Assembly (NCBI GenBank): GCA_030141605.1
Contig: JAQGDQ010000519.1
Span: forward strand, 1 to 64,000
Direction of reading: 5' to 3'
Length of the DNA stretch: 64,000 bases
Origin: Tubiluchus corallicola
Lineage: Eukaryota > Animalia > Priapulida
Each line of letters starts with the position of its first letter. The first letter of the stretch is position 1. Positions 40,037-52,006 of this stretch are shown here, piece by piece. Below the pieces are notes generated by a model. The model did no database searches and was not told where the DNA came from. It saw only the letters and a program-made list of their open reading frames with translations. The position numbers and the translations under genes were made by a program.

Positions 40037-40477
40037 TTTTTAAAAACAATGTACAGAATACATCCCCTCTATTTGTAGGGATATGTTAAAAATTCTCAAA
40101 GTATTTACAACGTATTAAACCTATTCACATACATATATATATAATTTAGAATCTAACGCATGAGACACATTGAACGACAACGATCATATACAATAGACAT
40201 ACTTACAAATTATAATCCAACACTACATACACACACACATAATAAAAGATAACGAACACATTTTAATACTTAGTAACAAAAATTTACTCACATTATTCAC
40301 AATGAAAAACAGCGAGTACAATTATAATAAACATAAGTACCAATTCTAATGTAAATTCACATAATCATAAATAAAAACAAAACAGCATATGGAAAACACG
40401 ACGAGAGTTGTAAAATTTCATCACCAACAGACTGTTTATATATACTGAACAATGTAATACACTGTTTTTTGTTGCAG

Positions 40478-40622
40478 AGAGTGAATAGTCAAAAAGTAAC
40501 AGAGAGTACATTTTTCTCCCTGGTTCAGTATTTTGCTGTTGTTCTGTTTGAGTGCAACGAGGCAGAGGACTACACCCCAGCTAAGACCCTGATGAACATG
40601 TGCTTTACTTTCTATCACGAAG
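40478..40622 (+). CDS. KIAA0513: KIAA0513-like coding exon 4
   Basis: [48 protein letters not shown]; ttgcag| and g|gtatca. Confidence 0.92.
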
Positions 40623-40983
40623 GTATCACGTGTGATATCGTTGTCTGTCACGCATGCGCTTATGGGTTTTGTTATAGGTTTCGTTGTTTCGATCATTAGC
40701 ATTAGAAATAAACTGAGATTAGAATAAGCATTAGAATAACATTATTTTGCATGAATCCTCCATCCGCTCTGAGCGTCAAATGATCAGTTTTGTAAGATTT
40801 TATTTAATCTTTTCGTGATTATATGCGCATGTAAGCTCATTACAAATCCGCTGGTTGGAAACACTGGAAACCTTTGTATCCCGAGAAATTTGCACTCAAG
40901 TAAAAATATCAGACAGTACGGCATGCTACTAAAAATGTCAGCGGACTGTTGCTGATGAAGTTGCTCTTGACGTCTTTCATTAC

Positions 40984-41376
40984 TGGGGCGAGCATTCTCT
41001 ACCAGAAAGCAAATTCGAATCGAATTTGTGACTTTCGAATTCGAATCGAACTGAACTTTAGTATTTCGAATTCGAATCGAATTGAGATTGAAAGCTTTTC
41101 GAGCAAGTTTTCGAACTACTAGTAAAAATTAGTTTTACAAAGATCATGCATATTACTCGATTTTGTTCTGCAGTTAAACCAACAATAATTTGTTTAAAAT
41201 TGTGCACAGATATCACAGCTAAATTATGCTAATTGCATGATGTTTTGATCGTATTAATACAAAGAACGTATGTGATTGAAGTGCTGAATTATTCGAATCT
41301 ATAGTTTTGGGGTCGAATCGAACTCGAACTAAAAAACTCGTTCGAATCGAAGTCGAACGTGCGATGCTCACACCTA
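40984..41376. mobile_element. Degenerate MITE with (TTCGAATCGAA) subterminal repeats, hAT-like
   Basis: Imperfect TIR tggggcgagcat / atgctcacaccta; clusters of tcgaatcgaa at both ends; imperfect 8-bp flanks ttcattac / ctgattac. Confidence 0.5.
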
Positions 41377-41597
41377 CTGATTACTTGTAAAAAGGCCTGT
41401 TTTATGTAGGCTTTGTGTGATTGAGTAATTGCTTTCTCGCATTCAGCCATGTGAATCATTTTTCACAATTTTGCACGCCTTTGTACAGTTTTACTAAGGA
41501 TGAAGGTAAGGATAAGCAATAAGTTTTCATCAACTCATCAACATGGTTGGCCTGAACAGTATTAGAGAACCACGAATGGTGCTATCAGTGTACGAAT

Positions 41598-41866
<269 letters not shown>

Positions 41867-42089
41867 TATCGACTATAATTCTACATTATTCGAGACAAAT
41901 ACACTATAACATTGGGTAACCAGAAAAAAATATAGTCCAAAAAGACGTTACCAAAATGACACATCGAGAACAACAAAGATATCACAACTTCACAAATTTA
42001 TTTATTGTGGTGCCACCTATTACCAACTTATGAAAATTACAACATAACTAAAGACATTAATAACAAAGTCAATTTTAAGGTGGCATTAC

Positions 42090-42231
42090 CTGACATGAGC
42101 ATGATTGACATATACCAGGTTGCCATATTTCCCCGTTCCTTTTGGCAGAGCCTTTCCAAACACAACTTTTGCTGCATTCACAACCAGATATTGTATACCA
42201 GGGCTTGTATACGTTCTGCTAATGTTTCCAT
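42090..42231 (-). pseudogene. Orphan frameshifted exon resembling NELL coiled-coil/VWC junction
   Basis: Minus strand: tattgcag|METLAERIQAL / frameshift / SGCECSKSCVWKGSAKRNGEIWQPGICQSCSCQ|gtaatg; VWC-type C..G....NGE.W....C..C.C pattern. Confidence 0.55.
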
Positions 42232-43635
42232 CTGCAATACTTATAGACGCAATTCATTTATAAAGGGAAAGTAATAAAAACGTAATACAATTAATTTTTT
42301 ACATACCAACTGCTTTGTAGAGAAATACTTGTCTAGTCTCTTGTCTGGATTTTTAATTTTGTTATGACTGTTCGACGAGTGTTCGTAATTATCACTTGGA
42401 TAAGTGGATTTTTGAAAAGCGAATTGTCTAGTTCCAATTATATTAGTAAAAGGGGTTATTAAAGAAATTGTATTGTATCTATAACCGTGCAAAAAAGGTC
42501 TTTTTTAAATTACTGTAAACTATTTTTTTTTAAATTACAATTTTAAACAACTGTTTAACTCAGTGACAGACTTCGGAAGTGCTCTACAATTTGTTACTAA
42601 AATTTTCAAACATTTAGGAAGGGAAAAATTTTGTATAAATAAAATTTTTACACCTTGTTGGGTGAGGGAGAATGTTCTTAGAAAGGCTAATAGAGTCTTT
42701 ATGGAATTAAGAAAATTATCCCTCAGATAAGTTATGGAATTAAGCGGTTAATTTTAGTGTTCACATAAACAGATCAGATATCCTTACATTTCATTTGAAA
42801 TGGGCAGTTACACTTAAGTTCTCTCTTCAGGAAAAGAGCCTAACTTTGTTTGACTTCAACACCCTTTTTCAACGTCATCTGACTTCACCACCCTTTTTCA
42901 ACGTCAACAGCTTTCAATAGCTGCCTAATCATCTGAACCTTCGACAAAACGCCTTTCTCGGTCTTTTCTCAGCCTTTCTTCAAGCATTGTGTCTTATCGA
43001 CGAAATTTACCAACGTGCATTCATCAACTGCGATAAAGAGGATTGAAGAAATTCTCTCATCGCAAGACAAAGACCTGCTATAATGGAAACCTAAAATATA
43101 AACGCAACTGTAAATTATTCATAAAGACATCAGCGCGGGTGTAAAAACAGGAAACATACAATTCAGGTCTTAGCCTTAAATCTATATATTTTTTGATAGT
43201 GTAAGAGCATTCTTGCTAAAGCAGTTTTCGACAAACCTTTCTTAAAACCCCCCAAAAATCACAAGCATTTTCCTTTTCTTCACAACATCTTTCTCTAAAG
43301 CATTAGTTTGAAATGTCACCATCATCATATGCCCGTCACGTCTATTGTAGACATTGGGCAGGCAGAATTCTAAAATAAAAGAAATCTGCCTTCAGACAGG
43401 TAAACGCAGCAGTAATCCAGCAAAAAAACTAGACACTGCTACGCCAGTGGCTTGTCAGCACCACTTCCGTTATATAGTTTGAAATGAATCAATTATGAAG
43501 GCAGCTGCCGGAAAATCATTTTCATTTTATCCTATCCCAGCGTTTGCCTTCCAATCGCATGTACTATGTCCTTAAACGATGACTATGCAACTATCACTGA
43601 TCACCATGCTTAGATTTTCAGCTGAGCCAAAACGA

Positions 43636-44539
43636 CTGACTTTGAGTTGAGGTAATAATGAATGACTTTGAGTTGAGGCAATAATGAATAACTTTGAGTT
43701 GAGGCAATAATGAATGACTTTGAGTTGAGGCAATAACGAATGACTTTGAGTTGAGGCAATAATGAATGACTTTGAGTTGAGGCAATAACGAATGACTTTG
43801 AGTTGAGGCAATAATGAATGACTTTGAGTTGAGGCAATAACGAATGACTTTGAGTTGAGGCAATAATGAATGACTTTGAGTTGAGACAAAACAAATGACT
43901 TTGAGTTGAGGCAATAATGAATGACTTTGAGTTGAGACAAAACAAATGACTTTGAGTTGAGGCAATAATGAATGACTTTGAGTTGAGACAAAACAAATGA
44001 CTTTGAGTTGAGGCAATAATGAATGACTTTGAGTTGAGGCAATAATGAATGACTTTGAGTTGAGGCAATAATGAATGACTTTGAGTTGAGCCAAAACGAA
44101 CGACTTTGAGTTGAGGCAATAACGAATGACTTTGAGTTGAGGCAATAATGAATGACTTTGAGTTGAGGCAAAACGAATGACTTTGAGTTGAGGCAATAAT
44201 GAATGACTTTGAGTTGAGGCAATAATGAATGACTTTGAGTTGAGGCAATAATGAACGACTTTGAGTTGAGGCAAAACGAATGACTTTGAGTTGAGGCAAT
44301 AATGAATGACTTTGAGTTGAGGCAATAATGAATGACTTTGAGTTGAGGCAAAACGAATGACTTTGAGTTGAGGCAATAATGAATGACTTTGAGTTGAGGC
44401 AATAATGAACGACTTTGAGTTGAGGCAAAACGAATGACTTTGAGTTGAGGCAATAATGAACGACTTTGAGTTGAGGCAAAACGAATGACTTTGAGTTGAG
44501 GCAATAATGAATGACTTTGAGTTGAGGCAATAATGAATG
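43636..44539. repeat. 25/26-bp minisatellite (tgactttgagttgaggcaataatgaa and variants)
   Basis: Direct observation; accounts for the repetitive ORFs on the minus strand. Confidence 0.97.
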
Positions 44540-45152
44540 CTTAAGGTTTATACCAGCTCTTCTTTTCCCCCATTTTCATTTGCATTTTTGTTTACATTCT
44601 ATTCTTTACTTTAGCTTGGTTAGTGACTGTAAATGTCAACAATTTCTGGCGAGAAACGTGTTGATTTACCTGTAAATCTCATTATTTCTTTGTTTCTTTG
44701 GTGCAAACCTTTTCAGGAAATTACCGTGGCTCATTTCCTGAGTAGATGACATAATTATTACTGATGATTATTGATAGTGTAGGCTTAATAATGGCTTCGC
44801 AGGTCTACCTAGTACCTCCTTTAATTTACTATATTTAGACGTGCGGCATTAGACGATCTATACATTATAAATTTATCAAGTATTGCAATGCTTTGCAAAG
44901 GATTCTTGCGCGTTACATCCGCAAGAACATTTTTCAAGGAAACTAGTGCAAGATAAGAACAGGCAGTGCTTATCTTTGTTCTACAAGTGTTGTAATAAAT
45001 TGTGTCAGCCACAGGCACACAGCAGCTTAGAGACTTAGAGTTTAAAGCACAAGAAAACCCTTCATAAACATAAAACTTAAAAAATTCGTTTTGAAATTTT
45101 ATATCACTTACATACTGCCTTTTTGTGTGCAGGACTTCAATTGGCAGTCACC

Positions 45153-45685
45153 CTGTATAAAACATGTAAATTTAAACTCCCGCGATGACCGTTGGACGCA
45201 GCCATTTTCACGACAGGTCGTTTGAAACAAGTTTAGGTAACATTTTGTAAACTTTGAAAGCACAAGTCGCTAACTAAATAAAATTTAAAATTACTGTATC
45301 TTGTCAGTAAGATTAAAAATACGTTCTTTGGTTAGTGAGTGGTGCACCCTGGAGGGTGAGTCAGCGACATTTTACGAATTGGTAAAAACATTTTAAATAA
45401 TTAATAATTTTCTTTTCTAGTTACATAAGTTTCTAGCTGGTTAGCGAAAATCCAAGTAATATAGATTTGCACGGAAAGTCTTTTGAGACATAATTTAGCA
45501 TTGCTTTCTCTTCTCTTCATTTACGTTTGGTGCATGACGTCATGTAATGGCGACTTCGGAACAGTATTGCGGGAGATTTAAAATGAGAACAAATTAAATT
45601 CCTTTCAGTGCGAGTAAGATAAAATTGCTATAAACTAATATAATTTTTTAAGGCGATTTTTCCGAAACCTACTTCAGGTGCCCAT
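45153..45685 (+). mobile_element. Dispersed repeat, inverted homolog of 63437-64000
   Basis: ctgtataaaacatgtaaatttaaactcccgcgatgaccgtt... is the reverse complement of the window end; similarity continues to acctacttcaggt. Confidence 0.8.
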
Positions 45686-45917
45686 TTTCTTGTTACAAAT
45701 TCAGTCAGCAGTGAATGTTCCCTCCCCATGAGAGATCGTGTGATGTCATACGTCTCGGTTTTTAGTCTTACTGATGATGGTGTGCTTTTTCTTAATATTA
45801 GTCCGTCATTGATATCATCTAACGTGTCCTCCGCTGTCTTCCCCTAGCTGTTCTCCTTTTATACCCCCCACCCCCACCCCCAGCAATCTCTGTATTAGCA
45901 TGCTATGCCTTAAGACA

Positions 45918-46229
45918 TGTTCATAGCATTGTTTTCCTCTTCTTGTTCATAGCATTGTTTCCTCTTCTTGTCCATAGCATTGTTTTCCTCTTCTTGTCCA
46001 TAGCATTGTTTTCCTCTTCTTGTTCATAGCATTGTTTTCCTCTTCTTGTCCATAGCATTGTTTTCCTCTTCTTGTTCATAGCATTGTTTTCCTCTTCTTG
46101 TCCATAGCATTGTTTTCCTCTTCTTGTTCATAGCATTGTTTTCCTCTTCTTGTCCATAGCATTGTTTTCCTCTTCTTGTTCATAGCATTGTTTCCTCTTC
46201 TTGTCCATAGCATTGTTTTCCTCTTCTTG
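45918..46229. repeat. 26-bp minisatellite (~12 units)
   Basis: catagcattgttttcctcttcttgt(t/c) repeated. Confidence 0.95.
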
Positions 46230-46821
46230 CTGACATACATCATCATCAGCTGCCGTTGCCTTTTCTAAAACTTTCTTGTTCGTAATTTTTCTTTTCCGGC
46301 TGATGTTCACCATGTGGTCTATAACACCATTTTTCAAAGGCTTGCAGTCGCTTTCCTTGTGCCTGCATTCAGTTTCGACGCTTCCACCCCTAACGGCAAA
46401 ATTCGCCAAACACATCAACAAACTATCACTCTTTTCCTGATATATACACTAATTTTTGCATTCAACAGAAATTTCCGTAAACTGTCTTTGCTTTCCCACT
46501 TCTGCATTCTATTACCTTGTCAAACCTGCCGTCTTTCATTATCCCTGCTCCCCAGATAATAAAAGTAGTCTACCTGTTCAGTCTTCGCTCCGACTGCACT
46601 TAATTTTCATTGTTTCTCCTTTTCTTCTACTGATAGCAACAATTCTGTTGAGTTTTTATTCACAATCATCACCTTTGCCTTTCCTGTGTTTAGCTTCAGG
46701 CCGTAACCATCACTGACGTTTTTAATTCTTTAATTCGCTTTCTGCGAGCAACGCTGTATTGCTAGCATATTTGATGTTATTCTCTTTTTTCACCGATAGT
46801 TATTCCCGTCTCACCTATAGC

Positions 46822-47171
46822 CAGGGCCTATTTCAGGGGGGGGGGGGATACTTCCCCGGGGCCTCGCGCCAAGGTAACATTTTTTTGCTTTATGCGAGCA
46901 TACTGCCTCCTCTCTCCCTTTCTCTTGCCGCATGCCAGTACTGACAAGTATTAAGGACTGGTCTTGAGAATAAAGCAATTTTTCTTTCAATTGTTCTTTC
47001 CTTTAACAACTGTATAACTCCATATTTTCTCTTCGAAAATGCTTCTCCGGCGTTCTAGCAATTCAAAAATTTTCTGGGCGCCAACCATGGTGGCGACCAG
47101 CGAACCCCCCCCCCATGGGGCCTCACACGCCCCAATTCCCCGGCTATCGTCTTAGGCTGAAATAGGCCCTT
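46822..47171 (+). mobile_element. hAT-type MITE copy 1
   Basis: TIR cagggcctatttcag / ctgaaataggccct; near-perfect 8-bp TSD cctatagc / catatagc. Confidence 0.82.
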
Positions 47172-47634
47172 CATATAGCCGTTTCCTGTTATTGTCACAT
47201 TTTGTGAACTTGAATAATCTCGGTGACAGCACCCATCCTTGTCTAAAACAAATTGGTTCGTCGTTAAATGAGAATATGTCTTAATAAGACGTCTATAAGA
47301 CCTCTAGAATAACATTTCTGCATATTTTGTTTTGCGTTATGTATTATAACTATAAATGGGTGGATGTCCATGGGTCAGAAAAACTACTGCTAGTGGTTGC
47401 CACAGCCTGTTTTATATGCACACTATATATACACTTCAACGTTTCTGCCTGTTCAGAGTTACATCTTAGAGGATTATAATTTCTTTGTTAGCTAAGAAAC
47501 AAGCAGTGCCTTATAAATCAGAAGACAGAAACATTCGCTAAAATATATATTAAAAGACTCCACCTCAGTTAAGCGACCAATTAACCGGGTAAACACTGAG
47601 TGGGTGGCATTATCACAAACTGAAGTATTGAGAG

Positions 47635-47829
47635 CAGGGCGTATTTCAGCCTGAGCTAGGCCCGGGGAAGTGGGGCATGTGAGGCCCCTTCGCCACCACG
47701 GTTGACGCCCAGAAAATTTTTGAACTGCTAGAACACCGGAGAAGCATTTTCGAAGAGAAAATATGGAGTTATACAGTTGTTAAAGGAAAGAACAATTGAA
47801 AGAAAAACTGCTTTACGGCGCGCATGCGG

Positions 47830-47909
<80 letters not shown>

Positions 47910-48023
47910 GAGGCAGGCAGTATGTTCGCATAAAGTAAAAAAAGTTACCTTGGCACGAGGCCCCCCTGGAGGTTGAGGCCCCGGGGAAGTGTCCCCACTT
48001 CCCCCCCTCTGAAATAGGCCCTG
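47635..48023 (-). mobile_element. hAT-type MITE copy 2 (opposite orientation, expanded (AG)n)
   Basis: TIR cagggcgtatttcag / ctgaaataggccctg; perfect 8-bp TSD attgagag at 47627-47634 and 48024-48031. Confidence 0.88.
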
Positions 48024-48202
48024 ATTGAGAGTAGTGATAGTTAGTGTATACATTGAATTTCATAGTAACGCTGACGTTTAGAGCTAGTTTTACACGTTGA
48101 TGCACCTGTTTCTGTACTTGGTAGGGAACACTGTCGCCCCCTACATGCACCCACAACCAAGCATGCTGTTGTTTTAGTTATAATTTTTCTGTTTATTTCC
48201 AG

Positions 48203-48265
48203 GACATCCCGCACATCGCGTCCTGCCCGAGTTCGTCATTAATGGCCGCCCTCCTAGTCCTGGAG
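48203..48265 (+). CDS. KIAA0513: KIAA0513-like coding exon 5 (GHPAHRVLPEFVINGRPPSPG)
   Basis: tttatttccag| ... gag|gttaga; phase 1-1 fits flanking exons; poorly conserved linker. Confidence 0.7.
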
Positions 48266-48675
48266 GTTAGAGTCTTTTCATCTCGCTAGATGTCACTAGT
48301 TGCACATTTTCAGTTGAACACCTTGCCCAGTAGTTAGCAGGTATTTAGAACTGTGATGCATGGCAAAGTTGCATGGCGACAATGTAATAGTAATTTTTCA
48401 CCTGCAAAAGTTCAGCTAACACAGACTTTTATTGTATAATCTTTTTAATAAAATATGTAAATATATAGGCCTACATAATTTACGTAGTTTAAATCTTAAC
48501 CCGAAAGAACAAAAATTTATGGCGTTAGATTGTCAGTGACCTGTCTTCGTTCTTTGTTTCTTAGAAAATCTTTGTCCCACTGGAAAAGTTTACACAGAAA
48601 GACCAACAGACGGTAATATTTATAACTCCAGGAACGTTTGTAACTATATCTACCCCATTAATGTATCTCTTGCAG

Positions 48676-48823
48676 TTCAGTCTACAAGCTCTGGAGTTCC
48701 ACATAAGGTTTTTCTCTATAGTTACTTGAAGAACCAACCGATATGGCAGTCCCTTCGATTCTGGAACGCTGCGTTCTTTGATGCTGTTCAGAACGAGAGA
48801 ATGCATCGGCCTTCCACTACTAG
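48676..48823 (+). CDS. KIAA0513: KIAA0513-like coding exon 6 (SBF2-like domain)
   Basis: [49 protein letters not shown]; canonical splice sites. Confidence 0.92.
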
Positions 48824-49076
48824 GTAAATTTGGCTTCTTGGTTTTCATTGTTCAAAGGCTTGCAGCGGATAAGGAGTTTATGAATTCAGGAACGCACCAA
48901 AATGCATATGGGTTAAGGTATTTAACAATAGAATGTTCATTAAGTCTTGTATACATGGCTTGCAATCAGCAGTGGCTACGGCTTGGCATTGTTGTTATCT
49001 ATTGATGATGCTGTTCAGTTTTGTCCCGTGTTAGTCTGTGCAGTTTTCTTTAAAGTTTCCTGTTTTGTCTATGCAG

Positions 49077-49157
49077 GGATGAATGGAAGAAGTTCAATCG
49101 GGATGAAGCTGGAGATGAGAAAGCATACCAGGAAAACGTCACATTTGGACAGCTAGG
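49077..49157 (+). CDS. KIAA0513: KIAA0513-like coding exon 7
   Basis: DEWKKFNRDEAGDEKAYQENVTFGQLG (compare ENITFGQLG); canonical splice sites. Confidence 0.9.
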
Positions 49158-49220
49158 GTAGGCAAAAGTGCACCATTTAACAGATAGAGAGAAACGTGAT
49201 TTTCACGTTTTTTATGTTTT

Positions 49221-49669
49221 GTTGTTGTTGTTGTTGGTTGTTGGCATCCTTCTGTCTCGGAAGACAATGGAGTGTGCGCCAAGAGAGTCAGTTATTGATC
49301 ACATTGATGGAGCTGCAGCGTCGACTGTGGCTGAGCAGTCCGATCCTTGAGCCACTGGAATGGCCTCTCCAGGGCACACGCCTGGGCAAGGTGTATGGAG
49401 ATTCTGAGTTGCCCAGACAACAGGAACCCCTCTCTTCCTCCCTGGTGTAGTCCAAAGGAAAGCGGAGCGATACGTTTGGCACCAGGTTGGCTGCAGGAGC
49501 TGCCGGAGTCAGTGAACATGCTGCACTGGTCCGCCTTCGGGGCTCCACTCCTGATTAGGAAGGTTTACTACTCTACACATGGTCGTTGGGTCACATGACC
49601 TCCTCCGTCCTCTAGCCATTGGCTGCTTGTGCAGCTCCTCCGCCTAGTGTCGAGATACAGTGTGGGCAT
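49221..49669 (-). mobile_element. RTE-related bipartite SINE-like element, copy 2
   Basis: (CAA)n tail on the minus strand; encodes an RTE-like ORF end SRIGLLSHSRRCS; homologous to 20880-21306. Confidence 0.78.
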
Positions 49670-49811
49670 CCCGCACTGTTTTGTACAATGTGCAAAAGTA
49701 CGTAGCAGTGTACCCTGTAAAGGTAATATTGGACTGTACATGTTATCAATTATATAGACATCAAGATATCGGTGGCGAGTTGTGGCAGAGAGGATAAAGG
49801 GCTTGCATCCT

Positions 49812-49903
49812 ATGGGTGCGGGGCTGTGGGTGCGGGGCTATGGGTGCGGGGCTGTGGGTGCGGGGCTGTAGGTGCGGGGCTATGGGTGCGGGGCTGTGGG
49901 TGC
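49812..49903 (+). repeat. 14-bp G-rich repeat (tgggtgcggggctR), G-quadruplex potential
   Basis: About 6.5 units, each with GGG and GGGG runs. Confidence 0.85.
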
Positions 49904-50108
49904 CATTTGAACAATGTCTGCTTAAGGTAGTATACTTTTAGGTACTTTGTGGCATGCAATGTGACAAACTGTATAAAAAATGAAGCTGAAAATTACCTTT
50001 TTAATCATTTTGTTTGTGATAAGTACCGTAGTGAACTGATACTGTAGTGTCAAAAGTTTCGAATGTAATTATTGATCACTAAAAACTGATTTCAGTATTT
50101 CTTTTTAG

Positions 50109-50203
50109 CACATTTACGTGTAACATGAGAGCGTTTGGCCTACCAAAAGAACTCTGCATGGAATTCTTGCGAAAACAATGCACCATTGCTAATCTCAAGG
50201 AAG
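50109..50203 (+). CDS. KIAA0513: KIAA0513-like coding exon 8
   Basis: TFTCNMRAFGLPKELCMEFLRKQCTIANLKE; ctttttag| and g|gtaagc. Confidence 0.92.
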
Positions 50204-50525
50204 GTAAGCACCATGACAAAGGTAATTTTCAAGACACCTCACCACATACCTTTCATAACCACATGACGCATTATTAGTAAGAAAAATAACAGAGTTGTCA
50301 CATCTGACAGAGTGTCTTTAGGTAGAAAGTTAAGCAACACTAGTCATTGTTAATAAATTGATGAGTGACTGCTTTTCTGCTGCTTATACTTCAGTTGTTT
50401 CTCTCATTAAGTGATAGTGTATAACGTACAAGCAACTGAACTTGGCTTAGACAACTCTGCTGCTGGTTCAGAATCACATCTCGCTGGACTAACCCTGATA
50501 ATCAGTAAACTTCCAGTCCTGCCAC

Positions 50526-51150
50526 ATGCAGCAGTTTACTTTTGGGTCTGTTGTTTTGCAGTGTAAAAGTTTTGTACCTAGCAAAAAGGAAAAATATCTA
50601 GGTCATATTTTATCAGAAGACAATAGAGATGATTTAGATATATTACGACAATGTTCAATTTACTATGGCAGAGCAAATAAATTACTCATGAAATTTACTC
50701 ACTGTTCAGTTAGCTTGAAGAGACAATTGTTTAATGCTTACTGCACTACGTTTTATTGTATGTCTACTTGGAGACATTTTTATTCTTACAATCTTAGCAA
50801 ACTCAAGGTTGCATATAATGTATCAACACGGAAGCTGTTTAACTTTTCATATGATACGAGCGCAATATATATTTCTACTAGACTTAATCTTATTTATTTT
50901 GATGTTATTCACAGAAAATGTGTATACAGTTTACACGTCAGGCTGAATAAGAGTGAAAATTTTATATGCAAGAACATTTAAACCGTGATGCAAACTTTAC
51001 TTCTGTAATTAGATGTCATTGGCGCAGTTTGTTATATCGTTAATTGTTATTTGTGTTATTGTTGTGTGTCATGATTTATTGTATTAATTTGTGATGTGTA
51101 TATAAACTTTGTAAAGTTTGAAATAAAATATTAAATCAATGAAATCAATT
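50526..51150 (+). mobile_element. 3' fragment of a CR1/L2-group LINE (RT C-terminus + tail)
   Basis: KYLGHILSED..DDLDILRQ..YYGRANKLL.KF..CS...KRQLFNAYC; aataaa followed by aatcaat repeats. Confidence 0.75.
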
Positions 51151-51965
51151 TGCCCAAATTGACAGTTAGAATATAACTTGCACAGAACCGAACTGTATAA
51201 AAATGCACAGTGTGTGATCGCAGAGCTCAATTTCCGGCTGTCGTTAATGCTGCAAAGGGTTAATTTGTGAACAGAATGGAAGTAGTAAAGTGGGAATTTT
51301 CCTGCTATAAATTAGATTAGTTTGCTCTTCAGTTGCTTCACGAGTTTGACTAACTGAGTAACGACTCATAACAGCGAGTCCAAAGCTCTTATGTTGGTTG
51401 TCTCACCGTGAAACGACACAGGGAGTACTGAGCCCCAACATCACTTTTTTGCATGTTCAAGTGTTTACTTTTTTGTCTTAAAAAGAAGATGTGATACATG
51501 TGACCAAAGAAAATACAGTGACCATATTTTCTCGGCCCATACAAGGATCGAGTAGGAATGAATGCATTCTTTTGACCAATGATTATGATCAGCAATATTT
51601 TGCAAAATTCACAATGTATTTGACTTTTTTAGATTTTTACCTATAACAAAAATGTAAATTTTGAACATTATCATAGTCTTTACTGTACAGTGTTTTTCAT
51701 AGTTAAGCAACCATAGTGTATGATAAGTTTATGCCAATATTATTCAGTCACTGTGGATCTTCTGTACACACATTGCACTGAATGCTACTAGCAAAATATT
51801 TTAGACTTTTAACGCTGTAACTAGTAAAGCACCCAGTAAGTGAAAATTTCGTTTTAACTTTCTTGTGTGGGCAACATTGTTTGAAGTCGATATTCTTACT
51901 AAGTTGCACATACTATGAGATGGACATGTGCGTTTTAAAATGCTTAATTTCTTGATTATTTTCAG

Positions 51966-52006
51966 AGCAAATTCAGATGTTAAAGGAAAACATTGAAATG
52001 ATGTGA
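51966..52006 (+). CDS. KIAA0513: KIAA0513-like terminal coding exon (EQIQMLKENIEMM*)
   Basis: attttcag| acceptor, phase 1; resembles EQYKLLSDHIEQM; stop TGA at 52004-52006. Confidence 0.82.

Noticed and set aside
43572-44530. Three ~250-310-aa minus-strand ORFs
   Set aside because: All are frame-cycling translations of a 25/26-bp minisatellite.
42500-45030. Possible further decayed LINE or NELL fragments (e.g. LKILVTNCRALPKSVTELN on minus strand near 42555-42610)
   Set aside because: Too short and interrupted to assign by eye.
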